From: an uncultured Candidatus Binatia bacterium
Lineage (GTDB): Bacteria > Desulfobacterota > Binatia > UBA9968 > JAJDTQ01
DNA: 64,000 nt
Reading direction: 5' to 3'
Assembly (NCBI GenBank): GCA_964291295.2
Contig: OZ219754.1
Span: 1,248,001-1,312,000, forward strand
The notes under the pieces were generated by a model, which saw nothing but the letters and a program-made list of their open reading frames with translations, was not told the origin of the DNA and did no database searches. Position numbers and translations under genes: made by a program. Positions within the stretch are counted from its first letter, which is position 1. Every line of letters starts with the position of its first letter. Positions 1-9,659 of the stretch are shown here, piece after piece.

Positions 1-975
1 GAGACGCGCGGCCGAACGGTTCAGAATGGATGCCTTGTTGTAGGTCTCGGCGATGTAGTGCGTCGTCGCGTCGTAGAGTTCCCGTTCGGCCGGGCTCAGG
101 GCGTAGCTCAGGGTATCGCAGCGCCGTTGCGGGTAGAGCGGCCGGCCGTCGAAGCGGACCATCTCCTCCTTGGTCCGGCGGATGAAGTGGCGGTGTCGGT
201 GTGCTTCGGAAAAGTCCTTGAACGCGTCGAAGTTCGCCAGCGCGTCCGGGGCAAGAAGGCGCCACAGGCAATAGTAGGGGAAGTCCTTGCCCATGTGCGG
301 CGTCGCGGTCAGCAGCAGAAGGTTCTGTGCCGACCAGCCGAGGCGCCACCGTTCATCGCTCACCGGCAGGCCGGCCAGGGCCTCGGCGAGGCGGTAGCGG
401 TCGGTCTTGCGGACATGGAAGTCCTGCTCCCGGTCGGCGGCCAGCTTGTGGGCTTCGTCGAACACCACGAGGTGGTAGGGGTCTGCGGCGCCCGAGGCCA
501 CCGCCTCGCGCATCCGCGCGACCATGCGCGCACCGGCGAGGGTGTCGATGCTGACGATGAGGCGGTCGCTCCCCGGCCCGACGAACGGATTGCCGGTGCG
601 GGCGTCGGCGCCGTGAACGATCCGGAACGGAAGCCGGAACAGCGTGCGCATCTCGCGTTCCCAGTTGCCCACCAGGCCGGCCGGGGGCACCACCAGGACG
701 CGCGTGACCAGACGGCGAGCGAGCGTTTCGCGAAGATAGAGGCCGGTCATGATGGTCTTGCCGGCGCCGGCATCGTCGGCGAGAAGGAACCGCAGCGGCG
801 CTTGGCCGAGCATGTGCTCGTAGACGGCGATGCGCTGGTGCGGCAAGGGGTCGATGGAGGAGATCTCGATCGCGAAGGCGGGATTGAAGAGGTGGCCGCA
901 GGCGAGGCGGGTGGCTTCGGCCACCGCCACCACCGCCTCCGGTTTCGCCGCAAAGTCGAGCATCGGCACCCGCAT
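1..975 (-). CDS. SNF2-family (RapA/HepA-like) helicase, N-terminal part, runs off the window edge
   Basis: Absent from the ORF track; translated by hand on the minus strand from ATG 975: MRVPMLDFAAKPEAVV...IDPLPHQRIAVYEHML...RFLLADDAGAGKTIMTG (Walker A)...VVFDEAHK (DEAH)...LLTATPHMGK...FIRRTKEEM. Confidence 0.9.
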   Translation of the reverse strand, partial: MRVPMLDFAAKPEAVVAVAEATRLACGHLFNPAFAIEISSIDPLPHQRIAVYEHMLGQAPLRFLLADDAGAGKTIMTGLYLRETLARRLVTRVLVVPPAGLVGNWEREMRTLFRLPFRIVHGADARTGNPFVGPGSDRLIVSIDTLAGARMVARMREAVASGAADPYHLVVFDEAHKLAADREQDFHVRKTDRYRLAEALAGLPVSDERWRLGWSAQNLLLLTATPHMGKDFPYYCLWRLLAPDALANFDAFKDFSEAHRHRHFIRRTKEEMVRFDGRPLYPQRRCDTLSYALSPAERELYDATTHYIAETYNKASILNRSAARL

Positions 976-989
976 ACCCGCCTTGCCGC

Positions 990-1904
990 TTACTGATATT
1001 GCGCGGCGCGGCACTGCCTGAGGAACTCCCCGGCCTTGATGGGTGGATACCGGGGCGGGCGGTGGTCGCTGCGGCAGGCGTCCATGCAGCGGACGGTTGC
1101 CCGACTGTCGGGGTTGTAGAAGAACACGTTGGAGTAGCGGGACTGCTTCACATCCGCCGGCGGCAATGCCACGCGGTGCTCCGGCGAGCGGTAGATGCCG
1201 TTGGTCCAGCGTGACAGCAGGTCCGCCACGTTCACCGTCACCGTGCCCTGGGTCGCCGGCACGGTCAGCCACCGTCCGTTCACCCGCGCTTCCAGTCCCT
1301 CCACCGACTCCTGGAAGACAAGCGTCACCGTGCCGTAGTCGGAGTGGCTCCCGGCGCGCAGCTGACCGGCGCCGGGCCTGTCCTCCACCGGAGGGTAGTG
1401 GAAGAAGCGCGCGGTGCTGGCATGGGGATCGTGCTTGTCCGCGAAGAAGTCCAGCGGCGCGTCCAGGGAGAGGGCCATGGCCTGCAGCAGCATGGCGCAG
1501 GCCCGGGCGCCGGCCGCGTGGAGTTCCAGGACCGTCTCCCGGAAACCGGGCACGGGAATGTGCCAGCGGTCCAGCAGCTTCAGGCTGGCCTGGTTCAGGC
1601 TGAAGGATTCCTTGAGGTCTCCGGGCCGTTGCGTGTCGAGGTGCTCCACGGCCACGCCGGCGTAGCCCGAGATCATGTCCAGGTCGGAGCGGCCGATGGC
1701 CTCCTTGACCTGGCGGGGCAGCGCAAAGAAGTCCTTGGCTCTGGCCGACATCCGTTGGACCAGCCCCTCCGGCAACGGCAGATTGGCGATGTTGAGAAAG
1801 CCGAACTCGCTGCAGGCGGCGCGAATTTCTCCCGCCACGCGGCGGCGCGACGCGGCGGTGCCGTTCACGAACGGCCCGAAGTCGATCTGGGGAATGCCCG
1901 GCAC
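990..1904 (-). CDS. 2-oxoglutarate/Fe(II)-dependent oxygenase, isopenicillin N synthase family
   Basis: IPQIDF start, ACSEFGF, HSDYG (HxD), EHRV (distal His) and RYS (2OG binding) motifs. Confidence 0.92.
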   Translation of the reverse strand: MPGIPQIDFGPFVNGTAASRRRVAGEIRAACSEFGFLNIANLPLPEGLVQRMSARAKDFFALPRQVKEAIGRSDLDMISGYAGVAVEHLDTQRPGDLKESFSLNQASLKLLDRWHIPVPGFRETVLELHAAGARACAMLLQAMALSLDAPLDFFADKHDPHASTARFFHYPPVEDRPGAGQLRAGSHSDYGTVTLVFQESVEGLEARVNGRWLTVPATQGTVTVNVADLLSRWTNGIYRSPEHRVALPPADVKQSRYSNVFFYNPDSRATVRCMDACRSDHRPPRYPPIKAGEFLRQCRAAQYQ

Positions 1905-2085
1905 GGTCAGCTTCCGGTGGCGGCCACGGGCCGTCGCGTCAGCCCCTGCCGCCGCTCAAGGAACCCCGTGCTCCACGAGACGGTTTCGTTGCCCGGGTGC
2001 GATTCGGTGCCGCGGCACGACCGGTCGCGGGAACCGGTGCCGCCTGGCCGCCGGCGGCGACCCCGGCTCTTCCGGGCGGCGGTGG

Positions 2086-2691
2086 TCACGCGCTGGCGGT
2101 GTCCTTCAACCGGGCCGCGTCCGCCTCGGTGACAAGCTGTTCCAGCCGCTCGTAAGGCTCCGCGCCGACCATGGCCAGACCTTCCGCCAGATACGTCGGG
2201 ACCGCCGACACGCCCAGGGAGTGGCAGCGCTGCCAGTCGTCGTTGACCGCCTGCTGGAAGGTGCGCCCGGACAGCACCTGCCGCGCCTCGTCCGCCGGCA
2301 ATCCGGCCTCCTCGGCGATGCCCAGCAGGACGTCCGGCTTTGCGATATTCGCCGCCTGGACGAAATAGGCCCGGAACACCGCGTCGTTGAAGGCGTCTTC
2401 CCGGCCCTTGCTTTTCGCCCATTTGGCCAGTTCCTGGGCCGAGCGGCTGTTGTAGCTGAACTTGCGTTCGGTGAACGGCAGGCCCTCCCGGGCCAGCATG
2501 GCATCGACCCGGCTCGGTCCGCTCATGTTGCGCGGCTTGCCGCCGGGCGGTGTCTCGGGATGCAGGGGGAACTGGGTATAGACGATGCGCAGGTCATGGT
2601 TCTGCCGCAGTTTCTCAATACGCCCGGTACTGAGATAGCACCACGGTCAGACGAAGTCGGAGAAAATCTCCAGGGTCACGGGGTCGGCCAT
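2086..2691 (-). CDS. DsbA/FrnE-family thiol-disulfide oxidoreductase, predicted selenoprotein (UPWC active site)
   Basis: RBS GGAAAGGAGG then ATG 2691: MADPVTLEIFSDFV-TGA(2649-2647)-PWCYLSTGRIEKL...FPLHP, in frame with ORF 2086..2526 that carries GVSAVPTY. TGA occupies the first Cys of the CPWC motif and is followed by a hairpin. Confidence 0.88.
2605..2646 (-). promoter_or_regulatory. Putative bacterial SECIS element
   Basis: Immediately 3' of UGA: CCGUGG-UGCUA-UCUCAGUAC-CGGGC-GUAUUGAGA-AA-CUGCGG forms an upper 9-bp stem with a G-containing apical loop and a lower CCGUGG/CUGCGG stem. Confidence 0.7.
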
Positions 2692-3127
2692 CGGAACCTC
2701 CTTTCCGGCCCTCCCTATCCGGCACCGGGACAGTCTCACGCCGGAGAGCCGCGCCGGAGAGCCGCAACAGGTGCCATGCTATCAGATTTGCCTTGAAAAT
2801 TCCCGCATGAGTGTTGTCCAATGCGACGTGAGCCTGACGGCGGGAAGCGATTCCAACACAAGGTGAGCCTGAACCGTGGATGCAGGGATGATCAGGAGAT
2901 GATGGTGACACTCGGCCTTGGCCGGCGGCTTTCGGTGCCATGGGGCCACGGGGGAGGTGCGGTCGGGTGTCCGGGCCGACCGGTGTCGGAGGAGAGGTCC
3001 CGGCCGTGCGCGGAGCAGGCCCGCACCGGGACGGGGAAAGGCCCCGGGAAGTGCGCGGGGCGCCGGTTCGCGTAGCCGCCGGAGGGCGGCGGTGCCCCGG
3101 CCGCGTGCGTCGCGTGAGCGGGTTGAA

Positions 3128-4588
3128 ATGAGCGAGATACATTTCGTCGACACCACCGTGAGGGACGGGCATCTGAGCCTCTGGGCCCTGCGCATGCGCA
3201 TCGGCCACATGCTCGGCGCCGCCCGGCAGATGGACTGCTGCGGCTTCGAGTCCATGGAGTTCTTCGGCTTTGCCAGCATCATCAAACAGGTGCGGGAGTT
3301 GAAGGAGAACCCCTGGGACTGGGTGCGGCTGGGAGTGAAGCGGTTTTCCAGAACCCGGCTGCGCTATCACGGCGGGATCGGCTCCGGGTTCGAGCCGATC
3401 CCGCCGTGCATTCGCCATCTTCTGCTGGAACGGGTCATCGCCCACGGCATCACCCTCACGCGCTCGTCCAACCCCTGGAACGACTACGACGTGCTCCGCA
3501 AGGAGGTCGAACTGCTGGGGAGCATGGGCATGGCGGTGGTGGGCAACATCATCTACACGGTCTCGCCCCGGCATACCCGCGAATACTACGAGCGGAAGGC
3601 CCGAGAGTTGGCGGCGCTGCGTCCTTGGCGCATCTGCTTCAAGGACGTGGGCGGGCTGCTGACGCCGGAACGAACCCGGGAGCTGCTCCCGCTGGTCATG
3701 GCCAACGCCGGTGGCATCCCGCTGGAGTTCCACGCCCACTGCAACAACGGCCTTGCCCCGCTGAATTATGTCGAGGCCCTCAAGCTGGGGATCAGGACGC
3801 TTCATACCTCCATTCCGCCGCTGGCCAATGGCTCGGCGCAACCCTCCATTTACAACGTGGCGGCCAACGCCGAGGCATTGGGTCTGACGCCGATGGTGGA
3901 CCTGGAGGCGGTGAAGCCGGTGGAAGAGCATTTCACCCGGGTGGCGCAGCGGGAGCACTTTCCCATAGGCGCGCCCAGGGAGTACGACCACGCGCAGTAC
4001 CTGCACCAGGTGCCCGGCGGCATGATCTCCAATCTGCACCACCAGCTCGAGGCCGTGGGCATGGGCGACCGGTTGGAGGAGACTCTGGAGGAGGCGGGCC
4101 GGGTTCGCGAGGAGTACGGCTATCCCATCATGGTTACGCCGCTGGCCCAGTTCGTGGGCACCCAGGCGGCCGTCAACGTCATGGTGGGGGAGCGCTACAG
4201 GGAGGTCACCGACCAGAGCATTCAGTACGCCCTCGGGTATTGGGGCGCGGAGGGCGCCCGGCTCATGGACGAGAATGTCAGGGACAGGATACTGAGCCGG
4301 CCGCGGGCTCGGGCGTGGAGAGACTGGACCCCGCCCGAGCCCGCGCTGGACGAGGTGCGGCGGAAGTTCGGTGGTCCGGGGGTCTCGGACGAGGAGCTGG
4401 TAATTCGGGTCATCGCCGGCCCGGACTCGGTCAGGGAGATGCTGGCGGCCGGTGCTCCCCGGGAGTTTCTCGATGCGACCCGGCCGGTGTCGGTGCTGTT
4501 GAAGCGGCTCGTGGGCCTCCGTGAACTCCGGCAGGTCCATGTCCGGCGGGATGGCCTGTCGTTGCGGCTGGAGCGTCGGGATGGCTGA
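3128..4588 (+). CDS. Pyruvate/oxaloacetate carboxyltransferase (PycB/OadA-like, HMGL fold) without a biotinyl domain
   Basis: DTTVRDGHLSL, CFKDVGG, HAHCN, HQVPGGMISNL and GYPIMVTPLAQFVG motifs; no EAMKM. Confidence 0.85.
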   Translation: MSEIHFVDTTVRDGHLSLWALRMRIGHMLGAARQMDCCGFESMEFFGFASIIKQVRELKENPWDWVRLGVKRFSRTRLRYHGGIGSGFEPIPPCIRHLLLERVIAHGITLTRSSNPWNDYDVLRKEVELLGSMGMAVVGNIIYTVSPRHTREYYERKARELAALRPWRICFKDVGGLLTPERTRELLPLVMANAGGIPLEFHAHCNNGLAPLNYVEALKLGIRTLHTSIPPLANGSAQPSIYNVAANAEALGLTPMVDLEAVKPVEEHFTRVAQREHFPIGAPREYDHAQYLHQVPGGMISNLHHQLEAVGMGDRLEETLEEAGRVREEYGYPIMVTPLAQFVGTQAAVNVMVGERYREVTDQSIQYALGYWGAEGARLMDENVRDRILSRPRARAWRDWTPPEPALDEVRRKFGGPGVSDEELVIRVIAGPDSVREMLAAGAPREFLDATRPVSVLLKRLVGLRELRQVHVRRDGLSLRLERRDG

Positions 4589-4823
4589 GGACGTCCGAAC
4601 CGACCCCGGACCGAATCGGCTCTGAACCCGCTTCGAACCGGCCGTGGTCCCGGGAGCATCGCCGCCCCGGTGCGTGGTGTGGCCGGTGGCGGGGCCGTGA
4701 GCGTGGAAGCGCCAGCCCGGGGCACCTGCGCGGTGCCGTGCGGTGAAATTCTCCCCGCCGGGGCAGGCCGCCCACGGCGGGGAGGAAAGGGGTTCCGGCG
4801 CCGCTGTTCACGGCGCGGGCCGT

Positions 4824-5321
4824 CTACGTCGAGACGATCTTCCAGTTCCCGTCAGGCTGGCGGCAGGCGGTGCCGTAGGCCTGTTCGGTGCGGCCGCCCA
4901 CGGTGATGGTCTGCTGGAACTCGCGGCAGTACGTTCCATCCGGGCGTTGATAGGTCTTTTTCGGCGTTACCGTGCCCTGGTTTCCGGAATCGGGATTCTT
5001 CCAGGTGCGGGTGGTGCCGACCTGGCCCGTCTCCAGCGTCCGCTGCGTGGTCCGCTGCATGGCCAGCCGGTCGGCGCGGTCGAGGGACCTGCCGATCTCG
5101 TTGCCGATCAGCGCGCCCAGCAGCGTGCCGACGCCCGTGGCCACCAGCTTGCCGCGGCCCTTGCCCACCTGAGAGCCGGCGATGCCGCCCGCGGCCGCGC
5201 CGAGCAGCGTTCCGGCGGCGGTCTTCGGGCCGACGTTGGCGGTGCAGCCGGCGAGAGCAAGAGCCAGGGCCATCAGGGCCACCAGGGTCAGTTTCGGTGC
5301 ATTCGTCGGTGTGTTCTTCAT
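4824..5321 (-). CDS. 17-kDa surface antigen-type lipoprotein (glycine zipper 2TM, RT0821/Lpp0805 family)
   Basis: Lipobox LAGC, glycine zipper, WKNPDSG...YCREFQQ...YGTACRQPDGNWKI. Confidence 0.93.
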   Translation of the reverse strand: MKNTPTNAPKLTLVALMALALALAGCTANVGPKTAAGTLLGAAAGGIAGSQVGKGRGKLVATGVGTLLGALIGNEIGRSLDRADRLAMQRTTQRTLETGQVGTTRTWKNPDSGNQGTVTPKKTYQRPDGTYCREFQQTITVGGRTEQAYGTACRQPDGNWKIVST

Positions 5322-5470
5322 TGCGTCTCCTTGTGCTGGACTCGTCTCGTGCTGGATTCAAGCGGCGGCGTCCCGCGACGCCTGCCGCCGACTTCCCCGC
5401 GTGGCCGACTGCCCTGCTTCGTGCGCGATCCCGCCCCCGACATTCATTCTTTCCCGATGCACGAGCGGAG

Positions 5471-8400
5471 TCAAGCGGTCTCCTGTCCGAATTGCCGGAA
5501 CATGTCCAGTTGGCTGTCCTTCCGGCGCCGTGCGCCGGCATGCCGAGTGCGGCTTTGTTCCAGGAGCCGTTCCTCGATGTCGGCGAGGTAGGGAGAGGGG
5601 CGCATCTCCCGGATCTTTCCGCGCCAGCGGCGCTTGCGGGCGCGGCAGAGGTAGAGCCGGGTCATGGCCCGGGTCACGCCGACATAGACAAGACGGCGCT
5701 CTTCGGCCAGTTCACGGGTCTTGCCCCAGGTGAGGGGAAGCAGGCCGTCCTCGCAGCCGGCAATGAAGACGACGGGGAATTCGAGACCCTTGGCGGCGTG
5801 GAGGGTCAACAGCGAGATGCGGTCGGCACGAGGATCCCAGGTGTCCACCTGCGTGGCCAGCGCCAGTTCGGACAGAAACCGTTCCAGGTCATCGCCGCAC
5901 GCCTCGGCCAGGGGTTTCAGCAGTTCGCAGGCTTCGCGTTGGTCCGTGCCCGTGCAGGCGGCTTCGAGTCGTTGGCGCACCGAACCTGTGCCGGCGCCGT
6001 GGCCCAAGGTGTCCACGAGTGCGGCCACGCCGGGATGGCTTGCCAGCGGGTCGTGCGAGCGCTGCTGGAAGGGCATGCCGGAACGCTGCAGGGCCTCCAC
6101 GAGGGGAGCGGCCTGGGCCTCGGTGCGGTAGAGCACGGCGAAGTCGGAGAACGACAAGTCGCGGCCATGGCCGGCTTCCGAGCGGCCGCTGTCGATGGAG
6201 AAGAAGTTGTGACCGCCCAGGGCCGCTTCCAGGGATTGGACGATGAATTCCGCCTCGGCCTTGTCGCTCGCGGCTTCGTGGAGAGTGATGCGGCCGGCAG
6301 CGTCGTCGAGCACGGGTATGGACGGGCCGGCCGAGGCGGAGGCTGCGATGACCTGGGACGAAAGGGTGACGATGTTGCGGCTGGAACGGTAGTTGCGGTT
6401 CAGCCGCGCCACGCGGGCACCGGGGAAGTGTTCGGCAAACTCCATGAAGAAGCGCCGCTCGGCGCCCCGGAAGCCGTAGATGGCCTGATCGGGGTCGCCG
6501 ATGGCGCAGATGTTGCCGCCGGGCGGGACCAACTGCCGGATCAGCCGGACCTGCTGTTCGTCCACGTCCTGGTACTCGTCGATGCAGACCCGGGGATGGC
6601 GTTGCCGCCACTGGCCGCGGATCTCCGGGTCGGCTTCCAGGGCGTCCGCGGCGCGTATGACGAGGTCGTCGAAGTCGCACCAATTGCGCGTCTCCATCTC
6701 GTGCCGGTAGACCTCCCATGCATGTGCGAGCCCTGCGTCCGCCGCCGGAGTACCGGTCCGCCTGCCGTGGGAGATGGCTGACAGCCGGGACCGGGCCTGC
6801 CGCTTGGATATCTGGAGTACCTCCCGCAGCAGCGCTGTCCGTTGGGCTTCCGCCACCACGCGGAAGCCCCGCTGCAATCCCGCGGCGTTCCAGTGCTGCC
6901 GGAGGATGCTCAGCCCCAGGGAATGAAAGGTGTGGAGCGGAATGGCCGCCCACACCTCCGGCAGGAGCGCGCGCAGACGGCGCCGCATCTCGTCCGCGGC
7001 CCGGCGGGTGAAGGTGACGGCCAGGCAGCCGGACGGTGCCGCACCGTGGTTGCTGACGAGGTGGGCGATGCGGTGGGTCAGGGTACGGGTCTTTCCGGAG
7101 CCGGGTCCGGCAACGATGAGCAGGGGACCGTCCACGGCCTCCACGGCTTGGCGTTGGTGTGCATCCAGGCCGGCAAGGGTATCCGGGGTGCCGGGCGGGC
7201 TGTCCGCCGGAAGGGACAGTTGACCCGGTGTTGCCGGGTCCGGCGACGGCGTGAGTGAGGCCTCCGCGGGCGCGGACTCGGGCGACTCCTGCGCACGCAC
7301 TCCCGGACGCGCTACCGGGACGACAACCGCCGGGCTGGCAACCGCCGGTTCGTCCCCGAAAAGCGGCGCGCCGCGGCTGCGCCGCTCAAGCTCGGCGTCC
7401 CGGAACAGCCGGATGGTGCCGTACACCCCGTCGTAGCCGGCCTCCCGGATCACTTCCCGCCGGCGCAGCCGCGCCACCGCCTCGGCCAGCAGCGCCGGCG
7501 CGCCGGTGCCGATCTCCTCCAGCGGCAGGCTGTCGAGCAGCGGCAGTTCCGGCCCGAGGCGCGCCAGCAGACCTTCGTAGTCCCGTGCCACCCGCTTGCT
7601 CCCGGCACCGACGCGGTGGAGTTCTCCAAGGATCTCCGGCAGCGGAATGAGGCCCCGGGTGTCGCCCGCGGTGTCGGGCGGAGCCGCGTCGGCCCCGCGG
7701 TCGGCCAGATCCTCGACCCGGTGCATGACTCCCACGGTCAGAGGCTTGCCGCAGGCCGGGCAGCGGCCGCCGCGCCGGCGGGTCTCGTCGGGCTCCAGGC
7801 GCACGTCGCAGTTGCGGTGGCCGTCCAGGTGGTACTTGCCCTCTTCCGGGAAGAACTCCAGGGTTCCTCCGTAACCCTCGCCCGTCTCCAGCGCCCGGCG
7901 CATGGCGAAATAGTCCCTCGCCGTATCGAAGACGCAGACCTCCCGGCCCAGCTTCTCCGGCGAATGGGCGTCGGAGCTGGACATCAGTCGGAAGCGGTCC
8001 AGGGACGAGACGCGCCAGTTCATCGGCGGGTCCGAAGAAAGCCCGGTCTCCACGGCGAAGATGTGCGGCGCCAGGTCTCCGTAGCAGTCGTCGACGGCGT
8101 CGAAGCCGGACTTCGAACCGAGGGCGGCGAACCACGGCGTCCACACGTGGGCCGGCACCAGATACGACCCCGGTCCGGAGTCCAGCGTCATTTCCAGCAG
8201 ATGGCGCGAGTCGAGCCCCAGGATCGGCCGCCCGTCCGAGTGCAGATTGCCGATCCTGGCAAGGGCGGTCACCAGCCGCTCCGCGGACGCGAAGTCCGGA
8301 GCGTAGACCAGGTGGTGAATCTTCCGGGTCTTGTCGCCCTTCTTGTAGATCGTCGAAATCTCCACCGACAGCATGAACCGGGTTGCGGTGAGGCCGCTGG

Positions 8401-8647
8401 CGCAGGCGGGCGGGAGGCTGCCGTCCACCACCCGCTCCAGGTCGGGGCGCAGGCGAAACAGCCCCGGCTCCGCGGTCACCAGTTGTTCCTTCAGTTCCGC
8501 CCGCCACGCCGGATGGGTGAAATCGCCGGTGCCGACCACGCCGATGCCCTTCTTGCGCGCCCAGAGGGCCAGGTGGTGCAGGTCGCCGTGGCGGCTGGTG
8601 GCGCGGGAAAAACGGGAATGGACGTGCAGGTCGGCGTAGAAGGTCAA
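5471..8647 (-). CDS. Fusion of a PHP/endonuclease Q (TIGR00375-type) domain and a UvrD/Rep helicase
   Basis: N-term ADLHVHSRFSRATS, GTGDFTHP, SDAHS, GKYHLDGHRNC...CPACGK; C-term AGPGSGKT, DEYQD, GDPDQAIYGFRGA, NYRS, TLHAAKGLEF, EERRLVYVGVTRA. TTG start at 8647 chosen because it follows a GGAG RBS. Confidence 0.9.
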   Translation of the reverse strand: MTFYADLHVHSRFSRATSRHGDLHHLALWARKKGIGVVGTGDFTHPAWRAELKEQLVTAEPGLFRLRPDLERVVDGSLPPACASGLTATRFMLSVEISTIYKKGDKTRKIHHLVYAPDFASAERLVTALARIGNLHSDGRPILGLDSRHLLEMTLDSGPGSYLVPAHVWTPWFAALGSKSGFDAVDDCYGDLAPHIFAVETGLSSDPPMNWRVSSLDRFRLMSSSDAHSPEKLGREVCVFDTARDYFAMRRALETGEGYGGTLEFFPEEGKYHLDGHRNCDVRLEPDETRRRGGRCPACGKPLTVGVMHRVEDLADRGADAAPPDTAGDTRGLIPLPEILGELHRVGAGSKRVARDYEGLLARLGPELPLLDSLPLEEIGTGAPALLAEAVARLRRREVIREAGYDGVYGTIRLFRDAELERRSRGAPLFGDEPAVASPAVVVPVARPGVRAQESPESAPAEASLTPSPDPATPGQLSLPADSPPGTPDTLAGLDAHQRQAVEAVDGPLLIVAGPGSGKTRTLTHRIAHLVSNHGAAPSGCLAVTFTRRAADEMRRRLRALLPEVWAAIPLHTFHSLGLSILRQHWNAAGLQRGFRVVAEAQRTALLREVLQISKRQARSRLSAISHGRRTGTPAADAGLAHAWEVYRHEMETRNWCDFDDLVIRAADALEADPEIRGQWRQRHPRVCIDEYQDVDEQQVRLIRQLVPPGGNICAIGDPDQAIYGFRGAERRFFMEFAEHFPGARVARLNRNYRSSRNIVTLSSQVIAASASAGPSIPVLDDAAGRITLHEAASDKAEAEFIVQSLEAALGGHNFFSIDSGRSEAGHGRDLSFSDFAVLYRTEAQAAPLVEALQRSGMPFQQRSHDPLASHPGVAALVDTLGHGAGTGSVRQRLEAACTGTDQREACELLKPLAEACGDDLERFLSELALATQVDTWDPRADRISLLTLHAAKGLEFPVVFIAGCEDGLLPLTWGKTRELAEERRLVYVGVTRAMTRLYLCRARKRRWRGKIREMRPSPYLADIEERLLEQSRTRHAGARRRKDSQLDMFRQFGQETA

Positions 8648-8716
8648 GGGGCGGTCTCCTCTCCGGTCGGATTCGGCAAAGCACTCAGGCGGCGTGCCGC
8701 CGCTGCCGTGCACGTT

Positions 8717-9607
8717 TCAGGGGCGCCGGAGGTGCTCCTTGAACCAGGCGGTGGAAAGGTCCAGCAGCCGGGTGAGGTGCGGCTCCCTGTAGATGTCGTG
8801 ATGGTTGACGTCCGGCATCACCACGTGCAGCTTGGGTTCGGGTGAGCACTCGTAGAGGCTCCGTTGCTCGTCCGTCGGGGTCAGGGTGTCGCGTTCCGCG
8901 GACACATACAGGGCCGGGCTCTCCATCTCGTGCGCCACGGTCTCGGGCTTGTATTCGATGATGGCGCCGGCACACTCCAGGGGCATCTCGACCTGGCCCC
9001 TTTCCGGGTTGGCGGCCACGGTCTCGTTCCAGAACTCCCACCCCTCCGGCGTCGTCTCCATGATGTGGTAAGGGTGCACGCGCCGGGACCGCCCACTCAG
9101 CACCCGCTGGTCGCGGTCTTCTTCGAGTTCCCGCAGGAACGCCTGCCACTCCCACTCCCGGCGCAGGCAACGGAGCCAGCGCTCGCCGTCGCCGACGCCC
9201 ACGACGCTGACAATGCAGCGGACGCGGACATCGACGGCGGCCGTGTAGGTGGCGTGGGCGCCGCCGAAGCTGGTGCCCCAGATGGCGAGACGGTTCGGGT
9301 CCACCTCGCCGCGTACCGCCAGGCAGGTGAGGCCGTTGCGGATGTCCTCGATCTGCTCCAGGGGAATCAGTCGGTGACGCGGCCCCTCGCTCTCGCCGAA
9401 ACCGCGGTAGTCGAAGCGTAGCGTCACATACCCCTCGGCGGCGAAGCGCGCGGCCACCGCGGGCATGAGCGCTTCTTTCAGGCCGGCGTACCCCTGGCAC
9501 AGCACGACGCCCGGATGGCGGTCCGCGTCGTCGCGGGCGTCGGGGATGGTGATCACCGCCGACAGGCTGTAGCCGGGGCCGCTGAAGTAGCGGATCTTCT
9601 CTTCCAT
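8717..9607 (-). CDS. Alpha/beta hydrolase
   Basis: FDYRGFGESEG, nucleophile elbow GTSFGG, C-terminal His. Confidence 0.9.
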   Translation of the reverse strand: MEEKIRYFSGPGYSLSAVITIPDARDDADRHPGVVLCQGYAGLKEALMPAVAARFAAEGYVTLRFDYRGFGESEGPRHRLIPLEQIEDIRNGLTCLAVRGEVDPNRLAIWGTSFGGAHATYTAAVDVRVRCIVSVVGVGDGERWLRCLRREWEWQAFLRELEEDRDQRVLSGRSRRVHPYHIMETTPEGWEFWNETVAANPERGQVEMPLECAGAIIEYKPETVAHEMESPALYVSAERDTLTPTDEQRSLYECSPEPKLHVVMPDVNHHDIYREPHLTRLLDLSTAWFKEHLRRP

Positions 9608-9659
9608 GAATGTCTCCCGGACCGGGTGTCTCCTGGAATCGGTTTCCCGTTTCCGCGTA

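Noticed and set aside
58-996. 312-aa plus-strand ORF, and many similar long ORFs such as 2615..4540, 20176..22182, 22451..24451, 34433..36679, 56633..58669 and 58884..60755
   Set aside because: Antisense or alternate-frame shadows of genes with clear motifs; expected in high-GC DNA and lacking recognisable domains
2086-2526. DsbA gene as a truncated pseudogene
   Set aside because: The upstream TGA falls exactly on the catalytic Cys position and is followed by a SECIS-like hairpin, so Sec recoding is the better explanation
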